NCBI GenBank assembly: GCA_965227775.1
Contig: OZ245777.1
Location: 448,001 to 512,000, forward strand
Length of the DNA stretch: 64,000 nucleotides
Direction of reading: 5' to 3'
Source of the DNA: Phycisphaerales bacterium
GTDB lineage: Bacteria > Planctomycetota > Phycisphaerae > Phycisphaerales > UBA1924
The notes under the pieces were generated by a model. That model saw only the letters and a program-made list of their open reading frames with translations. It was not told where the DNA came from and did not search any database. Below, piece by piece: positions 1 to 9,881 of the stretch (its first letter is position 1; each line of letters begins with the position of its first letter). A program made the translations under genes and the position numbers.

Positions 1-1927
1 CACCGAATTCGCGGTCGAGCATCGCGCGGAACGCCGGCATGCCCTCGGGCTCGGGGAACACGGAATCGAAGCTGCGACCCTCGACGACGGGGTTGCCCTC
101 CTCGTCGTCGAAAACAGGCTTAAATCGCGAGACGAGCTCGTCGTACGCCCACTTCTGGAGATCGGGCGGCGCGTTGCTGTACGCGGCCTGCGCGAAGTCA
201 ACGTTCAGCTGCGGCAAGAGCGAGCCAAACACCTGGCCGGCGACGAAGTCGAATCGACGATCGAGGAACTCCATGCGCACCGTGCCCAGGCCCGACTCGC
301 GGATCTGCTGCTCGCGATACAAGGCGTGGTAGGTCTTCGCGTAGTCCAGCGAACTCTCAAACACCTCATCGTCGCCCCCGACCAATCCAGTCAGGTACGC
401 GTCGTAGAGCGCGCCGATGACCTCCTGCAGCGCCACCGAAGGCGATCCCAGGCGGTCGGTCAGCTCGGCTCGCACGAAGCGATCGATGTCCTGGGAAAGC
501 CACTGGTAGCGGCGATTATCATTCTGATTCGCGAATTCGATGGTCGCGAGCTCGTTCTTCATCTGCGTCGCAAGCTCGCGATTGCCGCGCCGGTACACGT
601 ACCGGATGGCGTCCTTCATCATGTTCTCGTAGCCCGCGACGTACGAGCTGTACGCGCGATCGTTGTCGTAGTAGCTCCGCTCCACCACGTCGGCGAGGAT
701 CTCGCCGTACACCGGCACGAATGCGGGGTCGGGGATGCCGAGGTAGAACGGCCGGCGATCGCCCGTGCCCAGCCGCATACCGCCGTAGTCGAAGAAGATC
801 TGGCCGGTGCGCCAGAGCTCCTGGATGGACTGCACGACCAGGCGATCGGTGTTAATGAAGTCGTAGTCCCTGATGTTGGTCGCCTCGATGCGGGTCATGC
901 CGCCCTCGACGCCCTTCTGCCCCCAGTAGAGCGAGTGGGCCGCGGGGTGCCGCCAGTCGAGCGGGCCATAGGCGCTGGTGTACCGCAGCATCCGCCGCGG
1001 CTCCATGTTGAAGTCGTCCTGCAGCACCTGCTTGCGGGTGTAGGCGAGCAGCGCATCCCACGCCTGCTCAAACTCCGGATCGTGCACGAGGTCGGTGATG
1101 TCCAGGAAGCGCTGGTCGGCCGAGGCTCTCAACTCGGGCCACACCGCCGACGCGCGGCCCATGCGCACCCGCGTCACGATCTTGAGCATGCGCTGGCTGG
1201 TGGGCTCGAGGTCGAGCGCCGCCAATCGATCGATCAACTCATCGACCTTGGGCTCGGCCTCGATGACCTGGGCGATCGTGTCGGGCGCATCGGCGATCGG
1301 CCGCAGCCAGTCCTCGAACTGGGCGATGCGCGTCTCGCGGGTGTAGTCACCGCCCACGCCCGAAGGCGGCGGGCCCAGCAGCTCGTGCCATTCGGCGGCG
1401 AGCTGCAGCTTGTAGTACCAGTGGGCATCGTCGGCGTAGGCCTGCACCTTGTGCAGGAACAGCCACGCCAGCTCCTTGTGCACCACCATGTCGGTCGGAT
1501 TGTGACGGACGCCCTCCTGGCGCAAGAGGTCGATGCCCTGGCTGACCCAGTTCCACCGCTCCGCCTCGGTGTTGGTGGTCACCGAGATGTTGTACGCCAT
1601 GTTCCACGCGTGGAACGCCCACACCTGCGGGAAGCGCGGCTGCAAGCGCGTGATCGCGCGGGCGAGGTCGACGGCTTCGTAGTACTTGCCCTCTTCCTTC
1701 AGCTCGTTCGCGCGAATCCACAGGATGTTTACGAACAGCCCGCGGAAGGCGCCCATCGCGATGCCCAAGGCCACCTGCGGCGGGTCGCCCTCTTCGGCTC
1801 GCTCGGTGTAGGTCAGCTTGTGCCGGCCGGCGGACGCGGTCAGGTCGGCCGAGACGAACCCCGACAGGCCTAGCAACGCGAAGCACGCGACCACGGCGAT
1901 CAACTGCGTCATCCGGCCCTGTGGCAT
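1..1927 (-). CDS. Large membrane-anchored, probably alpha-helical (TPR-like) conserved hypothetical protein; 3' end runs off the window
   Basis: Not in the ORF track because it is open-ended. My translation from ATG 1927 (GAGG upstream) gives MPQGRMTQLIAVVACFALLGLSGFVS...LQPRFPQVWAFHAWNMAYNISV...YGPLDWRHPAAHSLYW...PAFRAMLDREFG with no stop to position 2. It has an N-terminal hydrophobic anchor. Confidence 0.85.
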   Translation of the reverse strand, partial: MPQGRMTQLIAVVACFALLGLSGFVSADLTASAGRHKLTYTERAEEGDPPQVALGIAMGAFRGLFVNILWIRANELKEEGKYYEAVDLARAITRLQPRFPQVWAFHAWNMAYNISVTTNTEAERWNWVSQGIDLLRQEGVRHNPTDMVVHKELAWLFLHKVQAYADDAHWYYKLQLAAEWHELLGPPPSGVGGDYTRETRIAQFEDWLRPIADAPDTIAQVIEAEPKVDELIDRLAALDLEPTSQRMLKIVTRVRMGRASAVWPELRASADQRFLDITDLVHDPEFEQAWDALLAYTRKQVLQDDFNMEPRRMLRYTSAYGPLDWRHPAAHSLYWGQKGVEGGMTRIEATNIRDYDFINTDRLVVQSIQELWRTGQIFFDYGGMRLGTGDRRPFYLGIPDPAFVPVYGEILADVVERSYYDNDRAYSSYVAGYENMMKDAIRYVYRRGNRELATQMKNELATIEFANQNDNRRYQWLSQDIDRFVRAELTDRLGSPSVALQEVIGALYDAYLTGLVGGDDEVFESSLDYAKTYHALYREQQIRESGLGTVRMEFLDRRFDFVAGQVFGSLLPQLNVDFAQAAYSNAPPDLQKWAYDELVSRFKPVFDDEEGNPVVEGRSFDSVFPEPEGMPAFRAMLDREFG

Positions 1928-2006
1928 GGCGGTTCGCCTCCGCTGTGTTCCGGGTGCCACCACGGCGCCCCGATCTGTCATACGCCGGTGCGAGGCCGCC
2001 GGGTCG

Positions 2007-3980
2007 CTACTGGCCCGAGTAGATCGCAAGCTCCCGCGATCGGAAAACGAACCACCCGATCCCGAACAGCAGGACGCACCAGATGCCCAGCACGATCATG
2101 CCCAGCGCCAGGCTGGCCCACGACACGTACTCGCCTTGAACAAGTTTCTCGGTCGGATTCAGCTCGGCGTACACCCCGAAGACCCATATAACGCCGGTCG
2201 AGACGAATTCGACCACCGCCAGGATGGCCGGGCCAATGCCCTCCCCGAAAAACGGGTTGTACACCTCCATCGACTCTTCGAGGAAGAGCGCACTCTCGGC
2301 CGCGAAAAACGCGCCGAACGCGACGAGGCAGGCGACCGGGAAGCTCAGCGCCGTCGAAGCGGCGATCGCCAGCAGCGACAGGAACGCCAGCTTGATCCAC
2401 AGCACCACCACCACCCGCAGGAAATTCATGCGGTACCCGCCCACGCTATAGCTCAGCTCGAGCCCGCCCGGCGGGAACGTGATGGTTCTGGGATTGCCCA
2501 TGATGCCAACCTGGCCCTGGCTGTTCTGCACCAGCGAGCCGTTGACGATCGTCATCTCGAGCTCGCCGTCCTCGTTGATCGCCAGCGGTGGGATGTCATC
2601 GATGATCAGCGTCTGCGCGAGGCGGACCTCGCGCTCGAACTGGTAACCGCCAAAGTCGAACATGATGCGGTACGACTCGTCAGGCAGGTTCGCACCGGAC
2701 TCAACACGGTAACGCAGCAACAGTGGCGCGTCCTGCAGGGCGGCCTTCTCGAGCCCGCCAAACAGATACGTCTTGGCCTGCCCAGGGTCGAGCGATCGCA
2801 GGCGGGCGATGTAGTTCTTGTACAAGTCGTCGCGAACCTGCGCGCGCGTCTGCGGCTGTTCCTCGGCCAGGTCCTGGAAGGAATCGAGCGCCTCGCGCTG
2901 ATCGATGAACTGGTCGACGACCTCGGCGAATTCTTCGCTGTCCTTTGCCAGAGGTATGTCGATATCGCGCGCCACGCGGGCCTGGAGCACCTGGTTGTGC
3001 AGGATGCGCCGGTCCTCGCTCAGGGCCGCGCCGCCGAGCTCGACGCCGCGGGCCACGTACGCCTGGCGTTCGCCGTCAGCCGGCTGCTGGCGGAGATACT
3101 CGGCAAACAAGAAGATGCCGGCTCCGCACACCAGCAACAACGCCGCGTTCAGCGAGATCACGCCCAGCCACTTGCCAAGCAGGTACTTCCAGACCGAGAC
3201 CGGCTTGGTCATGGTCTGCCAGATGATCTTGTCGCGCTGCTCGAAGGTCATCGTGGCCGCCGAGAGCAGCAGCGTCAGGATCGCCAGCATCCAGAACACG
3301 CCGGCCGTTCCATACTGCAGGAAAGCTTGCATGCGGTAACGCAGCGGCGTGCCCTCGTTCAGCAGCATCGGCACCGCTGCGAGCCCAAGAATCAGCAGCA
3401 CGATGAAGACCAGCGAGACCTTCATCCGCACGGCTTCGGCAAGCACATTGCGTGCCACGGCGAACACCGGGCCCGACGAGATCGACAGCAGCAGCCGCAA
3501 GACTTCGAGGACCGCGACAAACCAGAACGCCAGCGTCGCCGCGCCGGCGATGATTCGCGCTAGGGCCTCCACGTTCGGTCCGGCCCTGCCGTAGTACACC
3601 GCCAGCATCATCGGCCCAGACATCAGCAGCACAACGAGGTTGAGCAGCACATACGTGAGCCCGAGACCCAGCCAGATGATGATGAGCGAGGCGCCGACCA
3701 CGACCGTGATACCAAGCGTGACCGCGAGCGGGCTCCGATCCTGGTTCAAGACGTTCTGGATGATGCGCTGCTGGCGCTCCGCCTGGGCGCGCATGATCGG
3801 GTCTTCGATGACCGAGGTATCGAAGAACTCGATCTGGTCGGAAGCGCGCTCCTGCGAGCTTGATTGGGCGATGTAGACGATGCCCGCCGTGATCGCCAGC
3901 GCGAGCACGATCAGCGACGCGACGATCTTGAACACGTGCGACTTCTGCAGGCGGTCGATGCGTGCCCACAGCTTGCTCAT
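2007..3980 (-). CDS. ABC-2-type transporter permease with N-terminal extra TM segments and a large extracytoplasmic loop
   Basis: 657 aa, multiple TM helices, motif 'EQRDKIIWQTMTKPVSVWKYLLGKWLG' typical of ABC-2 permeases. ATGA overlap with the upstream ATPase. Confidence 0.85.
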   Translation of the reverse strand: MSKLWARIDRLQKSHVFKIVASLIVLALAITAGIVYIAQSSSQERASDQIEFFDTSVIEDPIMRAQAERQQRIIQNVLNQDRSPLAVTLGITVVVGASLIIIWLGLGLTYVLLNLVVLLMSGPMMLAVYYGRAGPNVEALARIIAGAATLAFWFVAVLEVLRLLLSISSGPVFAVARNVLAEAVRMKVSLVFIVLLILGLAAVPMLLNEGTPLRYRMQAFLQYGTAGVFWMLAILTLLLSAATMTFEQRDKIIWQTMTKPVSVWKYLLGKWLGVISLNAALLLVCGAGIFLFAEYLRQQPADGERQAYVARGVELGGAALSEDRRILHNQVLQARVARDIDIPLAKDSEEFAEVVDQFIDQREALDSFQDLAEEQPQTRAQVRDDLYKNYIARLRSLDPGQAKTYLFGGLEKAALQDAPLLLRYRVESGANLPDESYRIMFDFGGYQFEREVRLAQTLIIDDIPPLAINEDGELEMTIVNGSLVQNSQGQVGIMGNPRTITFPPGGLELSYSVGGYRMNFLRVVVVLWIKLAFLSLLAIAASTALSFPVACLVAFGAFFAAESALFLEESMEVYNPFFGEGIGPAILAVVEFVSTGVIWVFGVYAELNPTEKLVQGEYVSWASLALGMIVLGIWCVLLFGIGWFVFRSRELAIYSGQ

Positions 3981-5212
3981 CGGGGCGAGTCCTTCTTCTT
4001 CGCGTCGCCGTCGTCGTCCTCATCCATCAGCGAGCCGATCACCCCGAGATCGACCTCGGGCTTCTCGTCGGCCTGCTCCTCGGCGGGCTCTTCCTCGATC
4101 AGCTCTTCGACAACGACCTCGTCGACTTCTTCCGGCTCGGGCTCGGGCTCCGGGGCGACGTTGGCCTCCGGCTCTTCGGGCGGCTCCTCGCGCACCAGAT
4201 CGCTAATCAGCGCCTCGCCCTCGTCGCGCGATTCGCCTTCGGCGCGCAGGAACTCGGCTGTCAAGCCGCCGCTCTCGGCGCCGGCAGTCTCGAGCCGCTC
4301 GGCCTGCGCATCCTCCACGATCTTGAGGAACAGCTCCTCGAGCCGCTGCCGCGGGTGCGACACGCGCTGCACGGCCTTGGCGCCGCCCGTTCGGCGGCGG
4401 ATGACCTCGTCGATCTCGGCCAGCGTTTGCTCGTCGAGTGTGTCAGCCTCGATGGTCGTGCGTTCGGTAGAGAGCAGCAGCTGCTCGCGCGTGCCCTCCT
4501 TGCGAATGCGCCCGCCGTAGAGCACCACCATGCGATCGACCACATCCTCGACGTCGGCCAGCAGGTGACTCGAAAGCAGCACGGTCTTGCCGCGCCTTCC
4601 AAGCTCGACGATCAGGTCCTTCACCTGCCGCGTGCCAATAGGGTCAAGTCCGGTGGTGGGCTCGTCGAGAATGAGCAGGTCCGGATCGTTGATGAGCGCC
4701 TGGGCCAGGCCGATGCGGCGCTGCATGCCCTTTGAGTACTCGCGCACCTGGCGATACTGAGCAGCCTTCAGGCCGACCATGTCGAGCAACTCGTCGATGC
4801 GCTTCTGCCGCGTGCCGTGATCAAGGCCGAACAGCCGGCCGTAGTAGTCGAGCGTCTCGCGCGCGTTCAGAAACGGGTACAGGTAGCTTTCTTCGGGCAG
4901 GTACCCGATGCGCTTCTTGATCTGCACATCCGTGGGCGACTTGCCGAAGACGGCGACGCGGCCCTTCGTCGGCTTGAGCAGCCCGAGCAAGATCTTGATG
5001 GTCGTACTCTTGCCCGAGCCGTTCGGACCCAGCAAGCCGAAGATTTCGTGCGGGCGGATGTCGAACGTCACGTCGGTCACCGCACGTGCCCTGGGACGCA
5101 TCCAGAAGTCCCGGAACGTCTTGGTGAGCCCCTGCACGGCGACAACCGGCCGGGCCGACGGGTTCGTGGCCTCGGGCGGGGGCGCCGTCTTCGGGGTTGC
5201 CATCTGGGTCAT
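3977..5212 (-). CDS. ABC transporter ATP-binding protein with acidic C-terminal tail
   Basis: Walker A GPNGSGKST, signature YSKGM, Walker B LLILDEPT, H-loop SSH; Glu-rich tail. Confidence 0.95.
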   Translation of the reverse strand: MTQMATPKTAPPPEATNPSARPVVAVQGLTKTFRDFWMRPRARAVTDVTFDIRPHEIFGLLGPNGSGKSTTIKILLGLLKPTKGRVAVFGKSPTDVQIKKRIGYLPEESYLYPFLNARETLDYYGRLFGLDHGTRQKRIDELLDMVGLKAAQYRQVREYSKGMQRRIGLAQALINDPDLLILDEPTTGLDPIGTRQVKDLIVELGRRGKTVLLSSHLLADVEDVVDRMVVLYGGRIRKEGTREQLLLSTERTTIEADTLDEQTLAEIDEVIRRRTGGAKAVQRVSHPRQRLEELFLKIVEDAQAERLETAGAESGGLTAEFLRAEGESRDEGEALISDLVREEPPEEPEANVAPEPEPEPEEVDEVVVEELIEEEPAEEQADEKPEVDLGVIGSLMDEDDDGDAKKKDSPR

Positions 5213-5248
5213 GCGGTGCGTGCTCCCTGTCGCATTCCTACGCGGCGA

Positions 5249-6712
5249 TCAGCCGGCGAACTCGCGCATCTCTGTATCCGTGCGGAACTCCCGGTCGCGA
5301 TCCTCGCGCTGGCGGCGCTCCTGTGCCTCGCGGTTCAGGCGCTCTTGCGCGATCTCGTTGATGAGCCGGCGGATCTCCGGATCCGGATTCACCAAGAGGT
5401 TGATGTCACCCAGCGGCAGCTTGATGACCTCCACCGTGTCGCGATCGAGCACCGACGCCATCATGCGAGCCCAATCGCTCTGCAACACCAGGTTGGGATT
5501 TTGGCGGAACTGAGGCAGCTTCGCGTTGTAGAGCTCAAGCATCAGCTTGGCCGAGAGCTCCGTCTCCACGCGCTGCTGCTGGGCCCGATTCAAGATCTGC
5601 GAGACCTCGCCGCTCACGGCGAACGACTGGATCTCGCCATCGATCTCGACCGGCTCGCCTGCCATCAGGCGATGGATCTTGGAGAGGATGACGTCTTGCT
5701 CGTCCTGCTGCTCGAGCTCGACGGCCTGCTCATACTCGTTGATGAGCTGGAGGATCGGCTGGGCCGCAGCGCCTGCCACACGACTGAGCTCGTTGGACGC
5801 AAAGCTGTCGGCCTGCACACGCTGGGTCTGGCTCTGGCTCTCGGCCGTCTGCACCTCTGTAAATGCCTGCCACACGCTCAGCGGCGGCGTACGCGTCCGC
5901 ATCGTGAGCTGCTCAACCACGATGCCCGCGTCGATTGCCTCGAGCGTTTCCTGCGCGATGCGCTGGGCCCGGCTGGCCACGCCGCCCGCGGCGCCGGTCT
6001 CACGCAGAAGGTCATCAATCGCCGTCGTTGACACCGCTCGGATCACGCCGCGCTGCACCGCCGTCCGAACGATCTGCTGCTCGTCTTCGGGCGTGACGTT
6101 CCGGGCGAACTCCCGCGGATCTTCGCGGCGGTACACCACCGTCCACTGCGTGTGCACCAGGTTCTGGTCGCTGGTAATCAGCGCGCCGTCGCGCTCGGGA
6201 TCGAGCGAACGCCTCGGCGACTGGGCAAGCTCTTCGAGCGAACGGCCGCGGTCGCGCTCGTCGACACGGAACCAGAACTCTTCTTCGAGCTGCACCGTGC
6301 GCTGGCCGGTCTGGATGCGGATGAGCTGGCCGAGCGGGTATGGGAAGTTCCAGGTGATGCCGGGTGGCACGGTCTCGGCGGCGGGGCGACCAAAGCGCAC
6401 CTTGATGCCCGACTCGCCAGCGTTGACCGAATTGATGCCGCTGAGCACGTAGATAACAACGAGGCCGACGATCGCCAGTTGCAGCAGCCGGTACATCGTG
6501 CGGAAGGCCGCCGCCAGCGACTCGTTGGCCGCGTGCATGTCGTTGATGGCCTGCTCGCCCGTGCCGCCATCACTGCGCAGGCGTACCGACGCCTCACGCG
6601 TCGGCGTACCGGCGGCCTGCTCCTCGCGCAGCTCGGGCAGCATCGACTCCAGCAACTGGTCGCCCTTGCGATTGCCCTCGCCGTTGCCGACCCGATCGCC
6701 TGGCTCACTCAT
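5249..6712 (-). CDS. SPFH/band-7 protein, HflK-like
   Basis: Single TM, then 'GESGIKVRFG...PGITWNFPYP', 'LITSDQNLV' and a coiled-coil segment. Start moved to MSEPGD (6712), overlapping the hflC-like stop. Confidence 0.8.
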   Translation of the reverse strand: MSEPGDRVGNGEGNRKGDQLLESMLPELREEQAAGTPTREASVRLRSDGGTGEQAINDMHAANESLAAAFRTMYRLLQLAIVGLVVIYVLSGINSVNAGESGIKVRFGRPAAETVPPGITWNFPYPLGQLIRIQTGQRTVQLEEEFWFRVDERDRGRSLEELAQSPRRSLDPERDGALITSDQNLVHTQWTVVYRREDPREFARNVTPEDEQQIVRTAVQRGVIRAVSTTAIDDLLRETGAAGGVASRAQRIAQETLEAIDAGIVVEQLTMRTRTPPLSVWQAFTEVQTAESQSQTQRVQADSFASNELSRVAGAAAQPILQLINEYEQAVELEQQDEQDVILSKIHRLMAGEPVEIDGEIQSFAVSGEVSQILNRAQQQRVETELSAKLMLELYNAKLPQFRQNPNLVLQSDWARMMASVLDRDTVEVIKLPLGDINLLVNPDPEIRRLINEIAQERLNREAQERRQREDRDREFRTDTEMREFAG

Positions 6713-7706
6713 CGCCGCGGCCCTCCGTCTCCGTGGGCTCGCCAGTAAAGAAGCCAACGCCCGGGATGCTGCCCGCGTCGCTCGATTCCTGCAGCGAGGG
6801 CTCGAGCAGGTTCAGGCCCGGCGTATCGGTCGAGAAGATCAGCGTGGCGCGGCCGAACATCGTCTCTTCAAGCAACTCGACGTTCTTCAAGAAGATCGCC
6901 AGGCCGGGAGCCTCGCTCATCTGCGCGAGATACCGGGCGGCCTCGATATCGCCGCGAGCCCGGATCTGCTGGGCCCGGCTCTTGGCAAACTCAAGGATCT
7001 TCGCCGCGTCACTCTCGGCCTTCGAGCGGATGGCATCCGCCTCGCTCTGGCCGGCCTGCTGCAGCCCGGTCACGATGCGGGCCCGGTCCTGGCGCATGCG
7101 CTCGAGCGCCGCCTCGGTCGTCGTCTGCGGCAGGCTCGTCCGAGCGATGCCCGCCTGCACGACCTCGATGCCGAACGAACGCTCGCCCTGGCCCTCGAGG
7201 TTGGACTTCATCTGCGCCAGCACGCGCTCCTCGAGCTCTTCCAGCCGCGAGGCCTGCTCGTTGGGCGTGAATAGCTCGGCCATCGAGTACGCGCTCAGCT
7301 CCGACATCGAGCTGCGCAGCGTGTCCTCGACCAGCGTCGCCGCGGCGCGGTAGTGGTCGGCGGCTCGCGGTCCGGAGTTGCTGAAGCGGCTGTAGAACGT
7401 CGAGACCTCTTCGGGCTTCACGCGCCAGATGGCGAACGCGCCCACGATGAGCTGGCGGTCGTCGCGCGTCTGGTACGTCTCGATGCGCGCCTGCGACAAC
7501 CGGTTGGTCGTCTCGTACTTGGTTACACCCTGGATCGGGTAGAACCATTTCCACTGCAGCCCCGGCTCGGTCACTTCTTTCGACACCTCGCCGAAGTTGG
7601 TGACAACGGCCGCCTCCGTGAAGCGGACGGTGTAGGTAATCGCATAGAGCAGCAGGACAATCACGAAGAGGATCGCCACGCCAAATGTCAAGATGAACTT
7701 ACGCAT
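6705..7706 (-). CDS. hflC: SPFH/band-7 protein, HflC-like
   Basis: N-terminal TM, 'EAAVVTNFG...EPGLQWKW', 'ERMRQDR...GQSEADAIRSKA...AQQIRARGDIEAARY' match the HflC pattern. Confidence 0.8.
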   Translation of the reverse strand: MRKFILTFGVAILFVIVLLLYAITYTVRFTEAAVVTNFGEVSKEVTEPGLQWKWFYPIQGVTKYETTNRLSQARIETYQTRDDRQLIVGAFAIWRVKPEEVSTFYSRFSNSGPRAADHYRAAATLVEDTLRSSMSELSAYSMAELFTPNEQASRLEELEERVLAQMKSNLEGQGERSFGIEVVQAGIARTSLPQTTTEAALERMRQDRARIVTGLQQAGQSEADAIRSKAESDAAKILEFAKSRAQQIRARGDIEAARYLAQMSEAPGLAIFLKNVELLEETMFGRATLIFSTDTPGLNLLEPSLQESSDAGSIPGVGFFTGEPTETEGRGDE

Positions 7707-7772
7707 GCCAGAACAAGCTCCCGCTGCGATGGACGCCCGTGAGCGCCCTGCCCGAACACCATCACGAACGAA

Positions 7773-9881
7773 TCAGCCGCCCGAAGAAAAATCATCCTGC
7801 AAGATCGCGCCACCCTGGCGGTCGTGCGAGAGGTCGACATCGACCGTCATATCACGCCCACCGGGCACGATCATCACGCTCTTGCCATCGAGCGCGGCAA
7901 AGAACCGATCAAGGTAGAGCTGGGCCCGGAAGTACGGGCGGTTGGCCCGATCAGCCGCAGCCTGACCCATGGCCAGTTGCGCCTCGCCCCACTGGCCCAT
8001 GTGCCGCTCCCATCGCTGGGCCTGCGCCTCGGCAATGAGCGACGCCGCCTGCCCGCCGGCCTCGGCCAGCAAGCGGTCGATCTTCAACTCCTGCTCCACG
8101 ATTTGCGACTCGAGTTCATCATCGACATCGGTCCCGCGCTGGGCCTGAAGGCGACCGAGCGCGTCGATCTCTGCGACGATCTCGTCGGCAAGCTCTACCG
8201 AGCCCACGGCCTGCGTCAGCGAGCGGATCGCCTCTGCCTGCGCAGCGTTGAGTTGCGCCTGGTACTTCTGCTCTTGCTCGACGACCTGGCCGAATTGCAG
8301 CGCCACGGACGCGGGCGGCGCGACGCCCGACACGCCTACCGAGAGGATGCGCACCACCGGCTCGCCGTTTTGCTTTGGGTTGGCCTCGATGAAGGCCCGC
8401 TCCAGCCGCTCCCGGATCTCGCTGGCCATCTGGGCGCGACGCGGGCCGAGGATCTCGTCAACGCGCGTCCGAAGCAGGTACTGCATGACCACCTGTTGCG
8501 TCAGGCGATACAGCATGTCCAGGTGGTTGCCATCTTGCGTGAACAGCTCCCACGCCTCCACGTCGTCGACGGTGTACCGCACCGGAACCTCGACGCGGAG
8601 CATGCTCAGGTCTTGCCCCAACGCCACATCCGAGCCCGCCTCGACCTCGCCGCGCGAGGGCTGGACGAGCAGGGTCGACTCGTTCTCGGCCATCAGGTTC
8701 GTCCACAAGTACGCGTCGGTCTCGACCGTTCGTGGCGCACTCGCACCATCGATGGTGCGCACCGTCGTCGTCGAAAAACCGACCAGCCGCTGCACGCGGT
8801 CCTCGTCGAACTCGTAGACGCCCGGCACCTCGATGCGATCGATCGGCCAGGGCAGCTTGGGCCGCAGGCCCGGCTGCACGTTCGCGTTCACGATCCGGCC
8901 AAAGCGGGTGTGGATGCCGGTCTGGTCCGGCCGCACAACGACGAACGAAGACATCGCCCAGAGGACGACCGCAGCGGCGGCCACCAGCATCCACGCTCGA
9001 CGCGTAAGCAGCCGGTACATCCAGCTGCGCGAGACTTCATAGCCAAACTGATAGTCGATGGCACCGCTGACCGATTCGGCCACCACCTCGGGTGACGCGA
9101 CCGGTCCGAGCAGTCGAGACGCGAACGGCGGGCGGAAGCCCTCATCGGGCTTGCGCGGGCGATAGAGCTCGAGCAGGAAGTTCAGGATCGACTCGGCCCC
9201 GAACACCACGAGCAGGATGGGCGACACATACAGCATCGCCCGGAGCACGTCGTTGCTCCCGAGCTGATCGACCACGTGCCCCGCGCCAACGAGCAGACCG
9301 AACAGGCCTGTGCCCGCGGCGATCGTCGCGCCGCCCTGCAGCGCCTGCCACGCGGGCCGCTTGGCCATGCCAGCGGTGTACCGACTGAACATGAAGCCGA
9401 TGACCGCGATTGCCAAGCCCAGCGTCAGGCCGACCAGCTCATGCGGCGGAACGGCGAACTCGTCCGGGTTGGCAAGCGCCCGCCCGGGACCGATCCGCAG
9501 CACACCTGCGAGGATGAGCGCCGCACCGAACACCAGCCCCACCGCCGGCACCGCAACAGTGCGGATGAGCTTGAGCCTGCGTCCGGCAACCCGCAACCCA
9601 CCCTCGGCCTCTTCGAACACCGAACTCGTCGCGGCATCCGTCGCGGCGAACGCCTCGGCCTCCATGGCCTCGATGCGTTCACGCCGGTGCTGGTCGTACA
9701 AGATGAGCAGCACGATCCAAGGCACGATGCCCACCAGGGCGAAGATCGCGCCGGTGACGGCGGTGGGCTCCTGACCCACAATGCCGTAGATGAGAAGCCC
9801 GATGCCGAACACGCTCTGGAAGATCAGGCCCAGGATGCAATGGCTGGCAGCACGCTTGTAGGTATTGAAATCACCCGACAT
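7773..9881 (-). CDS. HflK-like SPFH protein fused to an N-terminal polytopic membrane domain
   Basis: About 300 aa with several TM segments precede 'VVVRPDQTGIHTRFG...PGLRPKLPWPID' (SPFH) and a coiled coil. Likely start MSGDFN (9881). Confidence 0.8.
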   Translation of the reverse strand: MSGDFNTYKRAASHCILGLIFQSVFGIGLLIYGIVGQEPTAVTGAIFALVGIVPWIVLLILYDQHRRERIEAMEAEAFAATDAATSSVFEEAEGGLRVAGRRLKLIRTVAVPAVGLVFGAALILAGVLRIGPGRALANPDEFAVPPHELVGLTLGLAIAVIGFMFSRYTAGMAKRPAWQALQGGATIAAGTGLFGLLVGAGHVVDQLGSNDVLRAMLYVSPILLVVFGAESILNFLLELYRPRKPDEGFRPPFASRLLGPVASPEVVAESVSGAIDYQFGYEVSRSWMYRLLTRRAWMLVAAAAVVLWAMSSFVVVRPDQTGIHTRFGRIVNANVQPGLRPKLPWPIDRIEVPGVYEFDEDRVQRLVGFSTTTVRTIDGASAPRTVETDAYLWTNLMAENESTLLVQPSRGEVEAGSDVALGQDLSMLRVEVPVRYTVDDVEAWELFTQDGNHLDMLYRLTQQVVMQYLLRTRVDEILGPRRAQMASEIRERLERAFIEANPKQNGEPVVRILSVGVSGVAPPASVALQFGQVVEQEQKYQAQLNAAQAEAIRSLTQAVGSVELADEIVAEIDALGRLQAQRGTDVDDELESQIVEQELKIDRLLAEAGGQAASLIAEAQAQRWERHMGQWGEAQLAMGQAAADRANRPYFRAQLYLDRFFAALDGKSVMIVPGGRDMTVDVDLSHDRQGGAILQDDFSSGG

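Noticed and set aside
326..1873. 515-aa plus-strand ORF, and the many other long antisense ORFs (e.g. 1818-3563, 35247-37499, 39058-41949, 54068-56278)
   Set aside because: Shadow frames of genuine opposite-strand genes in high-GC DNA; Arg/Ala/His-rich with no motifs.
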